Below, one piece after another: positions 9,757 to 24,406 of a stretch of DNA of 64,000 nt. The first letter of the stretch is position 1; each line of letters starts with the position of its first letter. Origin of the DNA: Mycobacteriales bacterium (GTDB lineage Bacteria; Actinomycetota; Actinomycetes; JAFAQI01); the NCBI GenBank assembly GCA_035547515.1, contig DASZUS010000045.1:97156-161155 (forward strand). Direction: 5' to 3'. The notes below the pieces were generated by a model that searched no databases, was not told the DNA's origin, and saw only the letters and a list, made by a program, of their open reading frames with translations. Made by a program: the position numbers and the translations under genes.

Positions 9757-10542
9757 TCAGGCCCGAGCGAGCTCGGCGTTCACCCGAGCGAAGACGGCGT
9801 CGAGCATCGGCTCGGTCAGCCGCCCGGTAAAGGTGTTCTGCTGGCTCGGATGGAATGAGCCGATCACCAGCAGGCCGTCGTCTGCACGTACCTCGACCCC
9901 GTGGCCGAACCTGGTCCGCGGCTTGGGCATCTGGTGCCCGATCGAAGCCAGCACCGGCCACAACGCTGCCCAGGCGAAACCGCCGAGGGCCAGGACCACC
10001 CGCAGTTCCCTGAGCAAGGAGAGCTCGCGCTGCATCCACGGCCGGCAAGTATCCCGCTCGCCGGGGGTCGGCGCGTTCGCCGGTGGAGCGCACCGGACCG
10101 CTGCGATCATCCGCGAGTCGATCAGCTCCTGGCCGTCGTCTGCGCTCACCGAGATCGGCAGCCGAGCGAGGCCCGCGCGATGCAGCGCAGCGAAGAGCCA
10201 GTCGCCGCTGCGGTCGCCGGTGAAGACCCGGCCAGTGCGGTTGCCGCCATGCGCCGCGGGCGCGAGACCCACGATCGCGAGTCGGGCGTCTGCCGGTCCG
10301 AAGCCGGTGACAGGTCGGCCCCAGTACTGCTGGCCGGCGTACGCCGCGCGGCCGGTCCGGGCGACCTCCTCGCGCCAGTCGACGAGCCGCGGGCAGGCCC
10401 TGCAGACGCTCACCATTGCCGTGAGCTCCTCCATCGCCGAAGCTGACTCGGCCAGCTGCGCCACGTCCGCCGGCGAGTGAGCGACCGGGGTGCTGGCAGT
10501 CGCGTGATCACCCGGCCAGCCGGTGCCCGGAGCGACGACCAT
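9757..10542 (-). CDS. Uracil-DNA glycosylase superfamily protein (family 4/5, Fe-S type)
   Basis: 261 aa. Motifs CRACPRLV, GLAPAAHGGNRTGRVFTGD and SFHPSQQN. The exact start is uncertain. Confidence 0.8.
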   Translation of the reverse strand: MVVAPGTGWPGDHATASTPVAHSPADVAQLAESASAMEELTAMVSVCRACPRLVDWREEVARTGRAAYAGQQYWGRPVTGFGPADARLAIVGLAPAAHGGNRTGRVFTGDRSGDWLFAALHRAGLARLPISVSADDGQELIDSRMIAAVRCAPPANAPTPGERDTCRPWMQRELSLLRELRVVLALGGFAWAALWPVLASIGHQMPKPRTRFGHGVEVRADDGLLVIGSFHPSQQNTFTGRLTEPMLDAVFARVNAELARA

Positions 10543-11471
10543 CAGCGCTCGACCGCGCTGAAAGCGATCCCATCGAGAATGTCGTGCTCGCTCGCCACGA
10601 CTTCCGCGAACGCGCCGCGCTCGACGATCGCGTCGAGGATCATCGCCCCGGCCCCAATGACGTCGACCCTGCCGGGATGCATCACCGGCAGCGCCGCGCG
10701 CTCAGCGCGACTGGCCGCGAGCATCTCCTGCGCCACGCGGTGGACCTCGTCAGCGCTGGTTCGCGAGTGGTGAATCCGGTCGGCGTCGTAGCCCGGAAGG
10801 TTCAGCGCCAGCGCTGCCACCGTGGTCACCGACCCGGCCAGGCCGATCAAGGTTCGCGCCTCGCCCAGATCGACAACGGAGGCGGCCGCATCGATCGCCG
10901 TCATGATGTCCTCGCGCGCGGCAGCGATCTGATCCGACGTCGGAGGATCGTCAGCAAGATGACGCTCGGTCATCCGGACACAGCCGATGTCGACCGACTT
11001 CGCTGCAACCGGCCCCGAGGCGTCACCCACCACAAACTCGGTCGACCCGCCGCCGATGTCGACGACGAGGTACGGCGCAGGCACCGCCGCGTCACCGCGT
11101 AGCTCGCGAGTCGCGCCGGAGAACGACAGCCGCGCCTCCTCATCACCACTCACGACTTCGGGCTCGACGCCCAGCCGTGTGACGACCCCCTCGACGAACA
11201 CCGAGCGGTTGGCGGCGTCGCGAGTCGCGCTCGTCGCCACCATCCGAACCGCCTCGGCGCCGAGGTCCCTCACGGTGGAGGCGTAGTCGTCCAGTACGGC
11301 GAAGGTGCGGGCGAGGGCCTCGTCGGCGAACCGTCCGGTCCGGTCCACTCCGGCACCGAGCCGCACCACCTCCATGCGGCGAACCACATCGGTCAGCCGG
11401 TCGTCCACCACGTCTGCGACGAGCAGCCGGAGCGAGTTTGTCCCGCAGTCCAGCGCCGCGACGCGGGTCAC
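10542..11471 (-). CDS. ppx: Exopolyphosphatase, Ppx/GppA family
   Basis: 309 aa. N-terminus AALDCGTNSLRLLVADV and DIGGGSTEF (ASKHA fold). Confidence 0.87.
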   Translation of the reverse strand: MTRVAALDCGTNSLRLLVADVVDDRLTDVVRRMEVVRLGAGVDRTGRFADEALARTFAVLDDYASTVRDLGAEAVRMVATSATRDAANRSVFVEGVVTRLGVEPEVVSGDEEARLSFSGATRELRGDAAVPAPYLVVDIGGGSTEFVVGDASGPVAAKSVDIGCVRMTERHLADDPPTSDQIAAAREDIMTAIDAAASVVDLGEARTLIGLAGSVTTVAALALNLPGYDADRIHHSRTSADEVHRVAQEMLAASRAERAALPVMHPGRVDVIGAGAMILDAIVERGAFAEVVASEHDILDGIAFSAVER

Positions 11472-12007
11472 GAGTCAGCGCCGGCTACATCGACACCGGG
11501 TCCGTCGACACAGGGTCCGTCGATACAGGGTCCGTCGACACAGGGTCCGTCGATCGACCAGTCGTCGATCATCGCGAGAGCCTCGTCGCCGAACGGGTTG
11601 ACCCCCGGGCCCACCGCGAGCGAGTGAGCGACGAGGACGTGCAAGCACTTCACCCGGTTCGGCATTCCCCCGGCGGTCACCGTCGTACCGAGCGGATCGA
11701 TCTCGTCCCGCCGCGCCAGATAGGACTCGTGGGCGGCCTGGTAGCGCGCCGCGAGCTCCGGATCCGCGGCGAGCCGATCGGTCATCTCCTTCATCAGGCC
11801 GGACGCTTCGAGCCGGCCCACTGCCGAGCGCACCCGCGGGCAGGTCAGGTAGTACAGGGTGGGGAACGGCGTGCCGTCCTCGAGCCGCGGCGCGGTCTCC
11901 ACGACGTCGGGCAGGCCGCAGCCGCAGCGGTGCGCGACGGCCCGCGTCGCGCGGGGCGGGCGGTGGAGCTGCGCCGCGACCGCCGCCAGGTCTTCGGGGC
12001 TGGTCAC
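11468..12007 (-). CDS. DUF501 protein with a C-terminal pentapeptide repeat tail
   Basis: Start reassigned to the GTG at 12007, 7 nt after the upstream stop. Core FPTLYYLTCPR is typical of DUF501. The C-terminus is DGPCVDGPCIDGPCVDGPGVD. Confidence 0.75.
   Translation of the reverse strand: MTSPEDLAAVAAQLHRPPRATRAVAHRCGCGLPDVVETAPRLEDGTPFPTLYYLTCPRVRSAVGRLEASGLMKEMTDRLAADPELAARYQAAHESYLARRDEIDPLGTTVTAGGMPNRVKCLHVLVAHSLAVGPGVNPFGDEALAMIDDWSIDGPCVDGPCIDGPCVDGPGVDVAGADS
11491..11556. repeat. 15-bp tandem repeat, 4 full copies plus a partial one (tcgacacagggtccg and variants)
   Basis: Direct reading: units at 11491, 11506, 11521 and 11536, partial at 11551. In frame with the DUF501 3' end. Confidence 0.9.
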
Positions 12008-12014
12008 CTGCGCG

Positions 12015-13708
<1,694 letters not shown>

Positions 13709-13797
13709 TCAGGACTCCTCGTACGGCGACGGGTTCGAAGAACAGGGCGTGTCGAGCCTAACGCCGCAGGTTCCGCGAGCCCGGTAACCGGCGCGGA

Positions 13798-14463
13798 TCA
13801 GGACTCGGCGTGCAACACCTCGTCGCGGTATGCCCGAACTCGGGCGCGCAGCACTGCCTCCGCGTCGATGCCGTGCGCGCGCATCTGGGACACCGCGACC
13901 CACAGCAGCTCCGCTGCCGCCTCGTCGGTCGGGCTGGCCTCGAAGCCCGCAGCGGCCTGGGCCAGCCCAGTGCCGGGCGCAGCGCCCATCTTGCGCTGCA
14001 GCTTCGCGGCGAGCGTCAGCGCCGGCAACGACATCGGGACGTTCGCCAGTGCCGAATCGCCGCCGCGCTCAGCTGCCTTGATCTGCTCCCAGTTGCGGTT
14101 CACCTCGTCGGCATCGGCGACGTCGGCGTCCCCGAAGACGTGCGGGTGACGGCGGACCAGCTTGGCAACCAGGCCGCTGGCAACGTCGTCGATCGACCAG
14201 CGCCGGTCCGGCGGCAGCTCTTCCGCCAGCCGGGCATGGAACAGGACCTGGAGCAGGACGTCGCCGAGCTCGTCACGGAGCGCCTCGAGGTCGCCGTCCT
14301 CGATCGTCTGCAGTGCCTCGTACGCCTCTTCGATGAGGTACGGCGCGAGCGAGCGGTGGTCCTGGGCGGCATCCCAAGGGCACCCACCAGGTGAGCGCAG
14401 GCGATCCATGACCGCGACGGCCTCGAGCAGAGCCTGGCCTAGCGGCGCGCCCGTCTCCCTCAC
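13798..14463 (-). CDS. mazG: MazG-family nucleoside triphosphate pyrophosphohydrolase
   Basis: Start reassigned to the GTG at 14463, 5 nt after the upstream stop. Motifs CPWDAAQDHRSL..YLIEEAYE and ELGDVLLQV. Confidence 0.85.
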   Translation of the reverse strand: MRETGAPLGQALLEAVAVMDRLRSPGGCPWDAAQDHRSLAPYLIEEAYEALQTIEDGDLEALRDELGDVLLQVLFHARLAEELPPDRRWSIDDVASGLVAKLVRRHPHVFGDADVADADEVNRNWEQIKAAERGGDSALANVPMSLPALTLAAKLQRKMGAAPGTGLAQAAAGFEASPTDEAAAELLWVAVSQMRAHGIDAEAVLRARVRAYRDEVLHAES

Positions 14464-14468
14464 GGCGG

Positions 14469-15482
14469 TCAGCCCGCTGAGCTGATCGGGCTCTTCTTGG
14501 CGACGACGGTCTGGGTCTTCGGGTCCCACACGCCGTACCGCGGGCTGACGTGGACGCCGAGCTTGTTGCCCTCGGCGGTGATCGCCTGCTGCAGCAGCGT
14601 GTTCGCCTGGCTGGAGTACAGGGCTTCCTTGAGCTGCGGCGTCGCTTGCGACAGCGGCACGATGTTGCGGCTGTTGACCCGCACCACCGAGTAGACCCCG
14701 TTGCCGTGCGCGATCCCGACGCTGCCGGGCACGGCGTGCGCGGGGCCGCCGAGCAGCGAGATGATCTCCTTGCGCCCGACCGATCCCACTTCGCCGCCGT
14801 TGGTCGAGGTCGTCGTGTCCAGCGAGTACTTCGACGCGAGGCTCTCGAAGCTCGCTGGGTTGCGCCGGACCTGCGCGAGGATCTGCTGGGCCCGGGCTTT
14901 GGTCGAGACCGCGATCTGCGACACGTCGAGGGTGTCGAACTGGTCGATGTCCTTGCGGTACTCCGCCCGCAGCTGCTGCGGCGTCGCCGGCAGGGACGCC
15001 ACGAGCGCGTCGCTGAGCTCCTGCTGCATCACGGTGTAGCGGATCAGCTCGGGAAGCTGTGCGGGCGTGACGCCGACACTCTCCGCTGCCTGCTGCTGCA
15101 GGGCGCTCATGCTCCCCGCCTGTTGCACGAAGCTCGCGGTCTGATCGCTGATGTCCTTGTCGGTGACCGTGACGTGGTGCGCGGCAGCAGCCTCGGCGAC
15201 CAGCTTCTCGCTGATCAGGCGACCCAGCGTGAGCCGGACGAAGCCGGCCTGGCTGCCGCCGAGGCCAGAGCTGAACTGCGAGTCCGGCGAGAGCGCCGAA
15301 CTGATCGTCGGGTCCTTGAGGGCGGCACCGACCTCGCTCTGCAGCGTGGCGATCGAGATGCGGCTGCCGCCGATGACGGCGGCAGCGTCCGGTGCCGTGT
15401 CGCACCCGGCGAGCACCGGGATGGCGACGGCCGCGAGCGCCGCAACCGCGACCCGGCGTACCGCGGGCAGGCCTGGCTTCAT
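14469..15482 (-). CDS. SurA-N/PpiC-like lipoprotein (putative chaperone/peptidyl-prolyl isomerase)
   Basis: 337 aa. Lipoprotein signal AIPVLAGC, and Gln/Ala-rich chaperone-like regions. Confidence 0.65.
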   Translation of the reverse strand: MKPGLPAVRRVAVAALAAVAIPVLAGCDTAPDAAAVIGGSRISIATLQSEVGAALKDPTISSALSPDSQFSSGLGGSQAGFVRLTLGRLISEKLVAEAAAAHHVTVTDKDISDQTASFVQQAGSMSALQQQAAESVGVTPAQLPELIRYTVMQQELSDALVASLPATPQQLRAEYRKDIDQFDTLDVSQIAVSTKARAQQILAQVRRNPASFESLASKYSLDTTTSTNGGEVGSVGRKEIISLLGGPAHAVPGSVGIAHGNGVYSVVRVNSRNIVPLSQATPQLKEALYSSQANTLLQQAITAEGNKLGVHVSPRYGVWDPKTQTVVAKKSPISSAG

Positions 15483-15522
15483 GACACGCGAGGCTATCGG
15501 AGCGCCCAGGCGGTCCTGACGG

Positions 15523-19050
<3,528 letters not shown>

Positions 19051-19083
19051 GACCGGCCCAGGCTATGGGCGGCCGGTGACCGG

Positions 19084-19404
19084 CTAGAGCTTGGTGACCT
19101 TCACCGCGGTGCCGTAGGCGCAGATCTCGGTCCACATGTCGCCCATCTCGGAGGTGTCGAAGCGCATCGCGAGGACGGCGTTGCCGCCGCGGCGCTCCGC
19201 CTCCTCGATCATGCGGCCCATGACCTCGTTCCGGCTCTCATACAGCGCCTTGGTCATGCCCTTGAGCTCACCCCCGAACATGGACTTCAGGCCCGCGCCC
19301 ATCTGGGAGAACGCGTTTCGGGAGCGGACCGTCAGCCCCCACACCTCGCCCAGGACCTCGTCGATGCGATAACCCGGCAGGTCGTTCGTCGTCGCCACGA
19401 TCAT
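19084..19404 (-). CDS. YbjQ/UPF0145 family protein
   Basis: Start set at MIVATTNDLPGYRI, which avoids overlap with pth. Whole-length resemblance to the YbjQ family. Confidence 0.8.
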   Translation of the reverse strand: MIVATTNDLPGYRIDEVLGEVWGLTVRSRNAFSQMGAGLKSMFGGELKGMTKALYESRNEVMGRMIEEAERRGGNAVLAMRFDTSEMGDMWTEICAYGTAVKVTKL

Positions 19405-19423
19405 GGCGCGGACGATACTCGCG

Positions 19424-19996
19424 TCAGTTGAAGGCGTTCTGAGCGGCGGCGAGCCCCTGTGACATGAGCAGCTCGATCGCGTCCGCCGCACGTTCGAGCT
19501 GTACGCCGAGCTCCTCGCGGGCTGCCGCCGGGAAGTCGCGGAGCACGAAGTCGGCGGGGTCCTGGCGACCCGGAGGCCGACCGATCCCGAGCCGCACCCG
19601 GTAGAACTCGCCGGAGCCGAGCGAGGCTCGAAGCGACTTCAGCCCGTTGTGCCCGTTGTCCCCACCGCCGAGCTTCAGCCGGATCACGCCGGGCTCCAGG
19701 TCCAGCTCGTCGTGGACGACCACGAGCCGGTCCACCGGCACCTTGAAGAACTTCGTCAGGCCCGCGGCCGGGCCCCCGGACTCGTTCATGTAGACCCGTG
19801 GCTTGGCGAGCACGCAGCGCTCGCCTGACACCCGGGTCTCGGCGACGTCAGCCCGCGCCTTCTGCGCCTTGAAGGAGCCGCCGACCCGACCAGCCAGGAC
19901 GTCGACCGTCATGAACCCCACGTTGTGCCGGTTGCCGGCGTACTGCGCACCGGGGTTGCCCAACCCGAGCACGAGCCACGGCGGCGCGTCGGGCAT
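19424..19996 (-). CDS. pth: Peptidyl-tRNA hydrolase
   Basis: 190 aa. Motif LVLGLGNPGAQYAGNRHNVGF. Confidence 0.95.
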   Translation of the reverse strand: MPDAPPWLVLGLGNPGAQYAGNRHNVGFMTVDVLAGRVGGSFKAQKARADVAETRVSGERCVLAKPRVYMNESGGPAAGLTKFFKVPVDRLVVVHDELDLEPGVIRLKLGGGDNGHNGLKSLRASLGSGEFYRVRLGIGRPPGRQDPADFVLRDFPAAAREELGVQLERAADAIELLMSQGLAAAQNAFN

Positions 19997-20040
19997 CGCG
20001 TTCGTGTCGTCTCGCCTGAGACGAGTGAGCAGCGCCAGCG

Positions 20041-20727
20041 CTACTCGGCGGCCGGCTCTTCCGAGCCGTCCTCGGCGGCATCCGCGCCGCCGCCAGCCGT
20101 CTGGCCCTCGGCCTCGGCCGGCTCCGCGGTCTCGCTCTCGCCTTCCGCGGCCTCGCCGGCGCCCTCGGCCTCCATCTGCTCCGCGGTCGGCGCGGCGACG
20201 ACATGGAGGACCAGCTGGTCGGCCTCACCGACGAGCTCGGCGCCCTGCGGCAAGGCGATGTCACCCGCGTGGATGGCGGCGCCGACCTCGAGGCCCTCGA
20301 TCGACACCTCGACGCCTGAGGGGATGTGTGTGGCCTCGGCGGTGACGGACAGCGTCGTGAGCGACTGCTCGAGCAGCCCGCCGGATGCGATCGTGCCTTC
20401 GAGGGTGATGGGGATGTCGACCGCGATCCGCTCGCCGCGGCGTACCAGGATCAGGTCGAGGTGCTCGATGTCGCCACGGACCGGGTCGCGCTGGATCGAC
20501 TTGGGAAGCGCGAGCTCGCTGCCCTCGGCGAGCTGCAGCTCGAGGAGCACGTTGGCACCGTCCCTGCGAAGCGCGTGCTCGAACTCCCGAGTCGGCACCG
20601 AGATGTGCCGGGGGTCGCTGCCATGGCCGTACAGGACAGCCGGGATCTTGCCCGACCGGCGGGTACGCCGCGCTCCGCCCTTGCCGAACTCGGTACGCGG
20701 TTCGGCGGCGATACGGACCTCGGGCAC
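20041..20727 (-). CDS. rplY: 50S ribosomal protein L25/general stress protein Ctc
   Basis: 228 aa. Motif GKGGARRTRRSGKIPAVLYG and an acidic C-terminal tail. Confidence 0.95.
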   Translation of the reverse strand: MPEVRIAAEPRTEFGKGGARRTRRSGKIPAVLYGHGSDPRHISVPTREFEHALRRDGANVLLELQLAEGSELALPKSIQRDPVRGDIEHLDLILVRRGERIAVDIPITLEGTIASGGLLEQSLTTLSVTAEATHIPSGVEVSIEGLEVGAAIHAGDIALPQGAELVGEADQLVLHVVAAPTAEQMEAEGAGEAAEGESETAEPAEAEGQTAGGGADAAEDGSEEPAAE

Positions 20728-20812
20728 AGCAATGACTCCTTGATCAGCGACGCTGATGATCAGCGCTGGGAAGCGCGAACGAGTCTAGGTGAAGCCCTGA
20801 AAATGCGCGAAA

Positions 20813-21811
20813 TCAGGCGTTGCCGTCGAACAGCGAGGTAACCGAGCCGTCTTCGAAGACCTCCTTGATCGCCCGTGCGATGAGCGGAGCGATCGACAGG
20901 ACGGTGAGCTTGTCGTAGTGCTGCTCGTCGGTCAGCGGCAAGGTGTTGGTGACGACGACCTCGGAGATCCGGCTGTTCTTGAGGCGGTCAATCGCGGGGG
21001 GCGAGAACTCGCCGTGGGTTGCCGCCACGATGACCTCGGTGGCGCCGGAGTTGAGCAGGATGTCAGCTGCCTTGGCGATCGTCCCGCCGGTGGCGATCAT
21101 GTCGTCGATCAGCAGGCAGCGCCGGCCCTCGACGTCACCGACCACGCGATGCGCGACCACCTCGTTGGCGACGTTCGGGTCGCGGGTCTTGTGCACGAAC
21201 GCGACCGGGGCCCCACCGAGCCGATCGGCCCAGCGCTCCGCCATCCGCACCCGGCCGGTGTCCGGTGAGACGACCGTGAAGTCGCCGCCGTACTTGTCGG
21301 CGACGTAGTCGGCGAGCAGCGGAAGCGCGAAGAGGTGATCCACCGGCCCGTCGAAGAAGCCCTGGATCTGCGCGGTGTGCAGGTCGACCGACATGAGCCG
21401 GTCAGCGCCGGCGGTCTTGAACATGTCGGCGAGCAGCCGAGCGGAGATCGGCTCTCGGCCAAGATGCTTCTTGTCCTGCCGCGCGTACGGGTAGAACGGC
21501 ATGACCACGGTGATCCGTTTGGCGGAAGCGCGCTTGAGGGCGTCGACCAGGATCAGCGCCTCCATGATCCATTTGTTGATCGGCGGCCCGTAGGACTGGA
21601 TCACGAACGCGTCGGCCCCGCGTACCGACTCCTCGGGACGGGCGTAGATCTCGCCGTTGGCGAACTCACGGATCTGCGTCGGGCTGACCGAGATGCCGAT
21701 GTGGTCGGCCACCTCGTCTGCCAGCGCGGGGTGGGCGCGTCCCGAGAAGAGCAGGAGGGTCTTCTCACCCTGGGTCTTGATGCCGGTCACGTAGGGGCTC
21801 TCTCTGCTCAC
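20813..21811 (-). CDS. prs: Ribose-phosphate pyrophosphokinase
   Basis: 332 aa. Motifs [12 protein letters not shown] and DDMIATGGT. Its GTG start overlaps the glmU stop (GTGA). Confidence 0.97.
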   Translation of the reverse strand: MSRESPYVTGIKTQGEKTLLLFSGRAHPALADEVADHIGISVSPTQIREFANGEIYARPEESVRGADAFVIQSYGPPINKWIMEALILVDALKRASAKRITVVMPFYPYARQDKKHLGREPISARLLADMFKTAGADRLMSVDLHTAQIQGFFDGPVDHLFALPLLADYVADKYGGDFTVVSPDTGRVRMAERWADRLGGAPVAFVHKTRDPNVANEVVAHRVVGDVEGRRCLLIDDMIATGGTIAKAADILLNSGATEVIVAATHGEFSPPAIDRLKNSRISEVVVTNTLPLTDEQHYDKLTVLSIAPLIARAIKEVFEDGSVTSLFDGNA

Positions 21812-23298
21812 AGCTCGCTGTCGACCGGGGAAGTCGCCTCCATTGTCGCCTGTTGTTCATCCGGGCGCTGATCTGCGCCGCGGGCGCGCCTCGCGGCCTT
21901 CGCGGCCGGCGAGTCCGGGCGGCGCTTCTCGACCCAGTCTTCGACGTTGCGCTGCTTGCTCCTGGCGACCGCGAGCGCTCCCGGCGGGACGTCTTCGGTG
22001 ACCACCGATCCGGCCGCGGTGTAGGCGCCGTCGCCGATGGTGACTGGCGCCACGAGCATCGAGTCCGACCCGACCCGCACGTCGTCGCCGACGACGGTCT
22101 GGTGCTTGTTCTCGCCGTCGTAGTTGACGAAGACGGTCGCCGCGCCGATGTTCGACCGCTCGCCGATCCGGGCGTCTCCGACGTAGGACAGGTGCGGCAC
22201 CTTGCTGTCCTCGCCGATCTCGGCCTTCTTGGTCTCGACGTACGCGCCGATCTTGCCGCGGGCGCCGAGCCTGGTGCCGGGGCGGAGATAGGAGAACGGC
22301 CCGACGTCCGCGTCCTCGCCGATCTCGGCGCCGGTGCAGTGCGACTTCACGACCTTGGCGCCGGGGCCCACGTTGGTGTTGCGCAGGGTGGTGTCGGGGC
22401 CTACCTCCGCGAAGGCTGCGACGTGGGTGGCGCCGTGAAGCTGGGTGTTCTGGTGGATGACGCAGTCGGGCTCGAGGGTCACGCCGACACCCATCCAGGT
22501 GGTCTGCGGGTCGATGACCGTGACGCCTTCGCGCATCCAGTGCGCCACGATGCGGTCCCGCATCGTGCGGCGTACGGCGGCGAGCTGGATGCGGTCGTTG
22601 ACGCCGAGCGTCTCCGCCTCGGGCGCAGTCACCGCGGACACGATTTCCCCGTCTCCCACGAGCAGGCCGATCACATCGGTGAGGTACTCCTCGCCCTGAG
22701 CGTTGTCGGTCGTGACGCGTGCGAGTGCTGCCCGCAGCTTCGCGCCGTCGAAGGCGTAGATGCTCGTGCCGATCTCGCGAATCGCCTTCGTGGCCTCGTC
22801 CGCGTCGCGATCCTCGACGATGGCCATCACCTGGCCGTCCGCGCGTCGTACCACCCGGCCGTAGCCACTGGGATCAGCGACCTCGCTGGTGAGCAGCGTG
22901 GCTGCGGCCGCGGAGCGCGAGTGCTCGGCGAGCAGTGCCTGCAGCGACTCGGTCGTGATCAGCGGCGCATCGCCAGGCAGCACCAGGACGGTGCCCTCGC
23001 CCGGGACGCCCGCCGCCTTCAGCGCCATCCGCACCGCATGGCCGGTGCCGAGCTGCTCTTCCTGGACGACCGGAATCGCGGTCGACGCGATCTCTTTGAG
23101 GTGCTCGATGATCTGGTCGCGGTTGTGGCCGACGACCACCACTGTGTGCGTAGCGCCAAGCGGATCGGTAGCGGCCAGCACATGACCGAGCAGGCTGCGG
23201 CCGCAGATCGCGTGGAGCACCTTTGCGAGCGCGGACCTCATGCGCTTGCCCTCACCTGCCGCCAGCACCACCACAGCAGCAGGCGCGTGGTTGCTCAC
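21808..23298 (-). CDS. glmU: Bifunctional UDP-N-acetylglucosamine pyrophosphorylase / GlcN-1-P N-acetyltransferase
   Basis: 496 aa. Motif [10 protein letters not shown] and C-terminal left-handed beta-helix hexapeptide repeats. Confidence 0.97.
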   Translation of the reverse strand: MSNHAPAAVVVLAAGEGKRMRSALAKVLHAICGRSLLGHVLAATDPLGATHTVVVVGHNRDQIIEHLKEIASTAIPVVQEEQLGTGHAVRMALKAAGVPGEGTVLVLPGDAPLITTESLQALLAEHSRSAAAATLLTSEVADPSGYGRVVRRADGQVMAIVEDRDADEATKAIREIGTSIYAFDGAKLRAALARVTTDNAQGEEYLTDVIGLLVGDGEIVSAVTAPEAETLGVNDRIQLAAVRRTMRDRIVAHWMREGVTVIDPQTTWMGVGVTLEPDCVIHQNTQLHGATHVAAFAEVGPDTTLRNTNVGPGAKVVKSHCTGAEIGEDADVGPFSYLRPGTRLGARGKIGAYVETKKAEIGEDSKVPHLSYVGDARIGERSNIGAATVFVNYDGENKHQTVVGDDVRVGSDSMLVAPVTIGDGAYTAAGSVVTEDVPPGALAVARSKQRNVEDWVEKRRPDSPAAKAARRARGADQRPDEQQATMEATSPVDSEL

Positions 23299-23341
23299 AG
23301 CGGCTCCAAGTGACGGGCTAGCCGCCGCCTAGTGACGGCGG

Positions 23342-23417
23342 TGGCTCCCGGGCAGGGATTCGAACCCCGATTCTACGGACCAAAACCGCATGTCCTGCCT
23401 GGTTGGACGACCCGGGA
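23342..23417 (-). tRNA. tRNA-Gln (anticodon UUG), CCA encoded
   Basis: Hand fold: acceptor TCCCGGG/CCCGGGA, anticodon arm TGCGG-TTTTGGT-CCGTA, T-loop TTCGAAT, 3' GCCA. Position next to glmU matches mycobacteria. Confidence 0.9.
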
Positions 23418-23477
23418 CGGCGCCCGCAGCCTAATGGGCGCGTATCGCGCTGATCTCGAGTCGGACTGGCGTCCGCG

Positions 23478-24368
23478 TCAGCCGGCGGCGATACCAGCCC
23501 ACCACCCTGTAATCGAGTCGTACAGGGCGCGTGACCTTCGAACGCTGACGGTGAGACACCCGTGGTAGCTATCGCCTCGGTTGTGGCGAGAAGGCTTCGG
23601 GTTATGCCGCTTGATCGTGGCACGCTGGAACTCCACATCGCCGAGCCCAAGCTGGGCCGCCCACCACTGCTCGTGGGTCGCCACCTCTGCGCTCTCGTGG
23701 ATGTTCAGTCGATAGCAGCGATCTGCTGCCGTCACCCCGACTAGGTCGAGCCATCGCAGGAAGACCCGCAGGACCGTGACATCACTGTTGATGAAAATCA
23801 CCCTGCCGCTCCGGCGCCACGGCTTCTCTTTGGTGCCCTCCGCCCAGTAGAGAGCTGCCCCGACGAGAAGTAACTCTCGGTCACTCAGCTCGCCTACGTC
23901 TCGCAACGCGGAAGCAGATGCCGCCTCACTTCGGGCGACCGCTCGCTCGTGGAGTTTTCGAGCGGCTGCCTGCCGCGCCAGCATGTGGCGTTCTCGGCGT
24001 GCCGGGCTCTCACGTCGCGGGGCAGTGACATCACGAATCCACGGGCTGATCGTGCCCTTCGAAACCCCGAGGAACTCGGATATCTCCGTGATCGTTAAGC
24101 CTTGAGCGCGCAGTTCGCGCGCCTTCCGCCGCTCTTCGGGCATCGCCCGGCCGGTGCGATTCGTCTCCGGCGGACGAGCAATTCCTTTCATCCAGAGCCG
24201 CAACATGTCATTCGAGATTGGGCCGATAGCGGCTCGTATCTCGTCGTACGTCTTGCCTTCGCGGCGTAGCAATCGGGCCTTGCCGATCAGGTGAGAACGT
24301 TCAAGATCACGCATGTGGTGAGGGTTACCGGCGGGTATGACGGTGCAGGCAGACTGTCCACAGCACAC
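23478..24368 (-). CDS. Two-HTH protein with a C-terminal LAGLIDADG-like (homing-endonuclease-like) domain
   Basis: 296-aa ORF; a GTG or an internal ATG at 24314 could be the start. HTH-like segments GKTYDEIRAAIG and GLTITEISEFLGVSKGTIS. LLLVGAALYWAEGTKEK...VIFINSDVTVLRVFLRWL resembles a LAGLIDADG motif plus its following beta-strands. Confidence 0.5.
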   Translation of the reverse strand: MCCGQSACTVIPAGNPHHMRDLERSHLIGKARLLRREGKTYDEIRAAIGPISNDMLRLWMKGIARPPETNRTGRAMPEERRKARELRAQGLTITEISEFLGVSKGTISPWIRDVTAPRRESPARRERHMLARQAAARKLHERAVARSEAASASALRDVGELSDRELLLVGAALYWAEGTKEKPWRRSGRVIFINSDVTVLRVFLRWLDLVGVTAADRCYRLNIHESAEVATHEQWWAAQLGLGDVEFQRATIKRHNPKPSRHNRGDSYHGCLTVSVRRSRALYDSITGWWAGIAAG

Positions 24369-24406
24369 GTGAAACGATTGAGGTCCCTCCGAGAGGACTG
24401 GGCGCC

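Noticed and set aside
11491-11556. Possible CRISPR-like array
   Set aside because: The units are contiguous 15-bp tandem copies with no spacers. They lie inside a coding frame, and there are no cas genes in the window.
13798-15405. 535-aa ORF that would fuse MazG to a long N-terminal extension
   Set aside because: The upstream 313 codons overlap the SurA-like lipoprotein gene in another frame and look like shadow sequence. A GTG 5 nt after that gene's stop gives a normal 222-aa MazG.
20728-20812. Imperfect hairpin and GATCAGCG direct repeat in the prs-rplY spacer as a ribosomal-protein leader or terminator
   Set aside because: The stem is short and imperfect with no U-tract, and I know of no L25 leader motif in actinobacteria. 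It is too weak to report.
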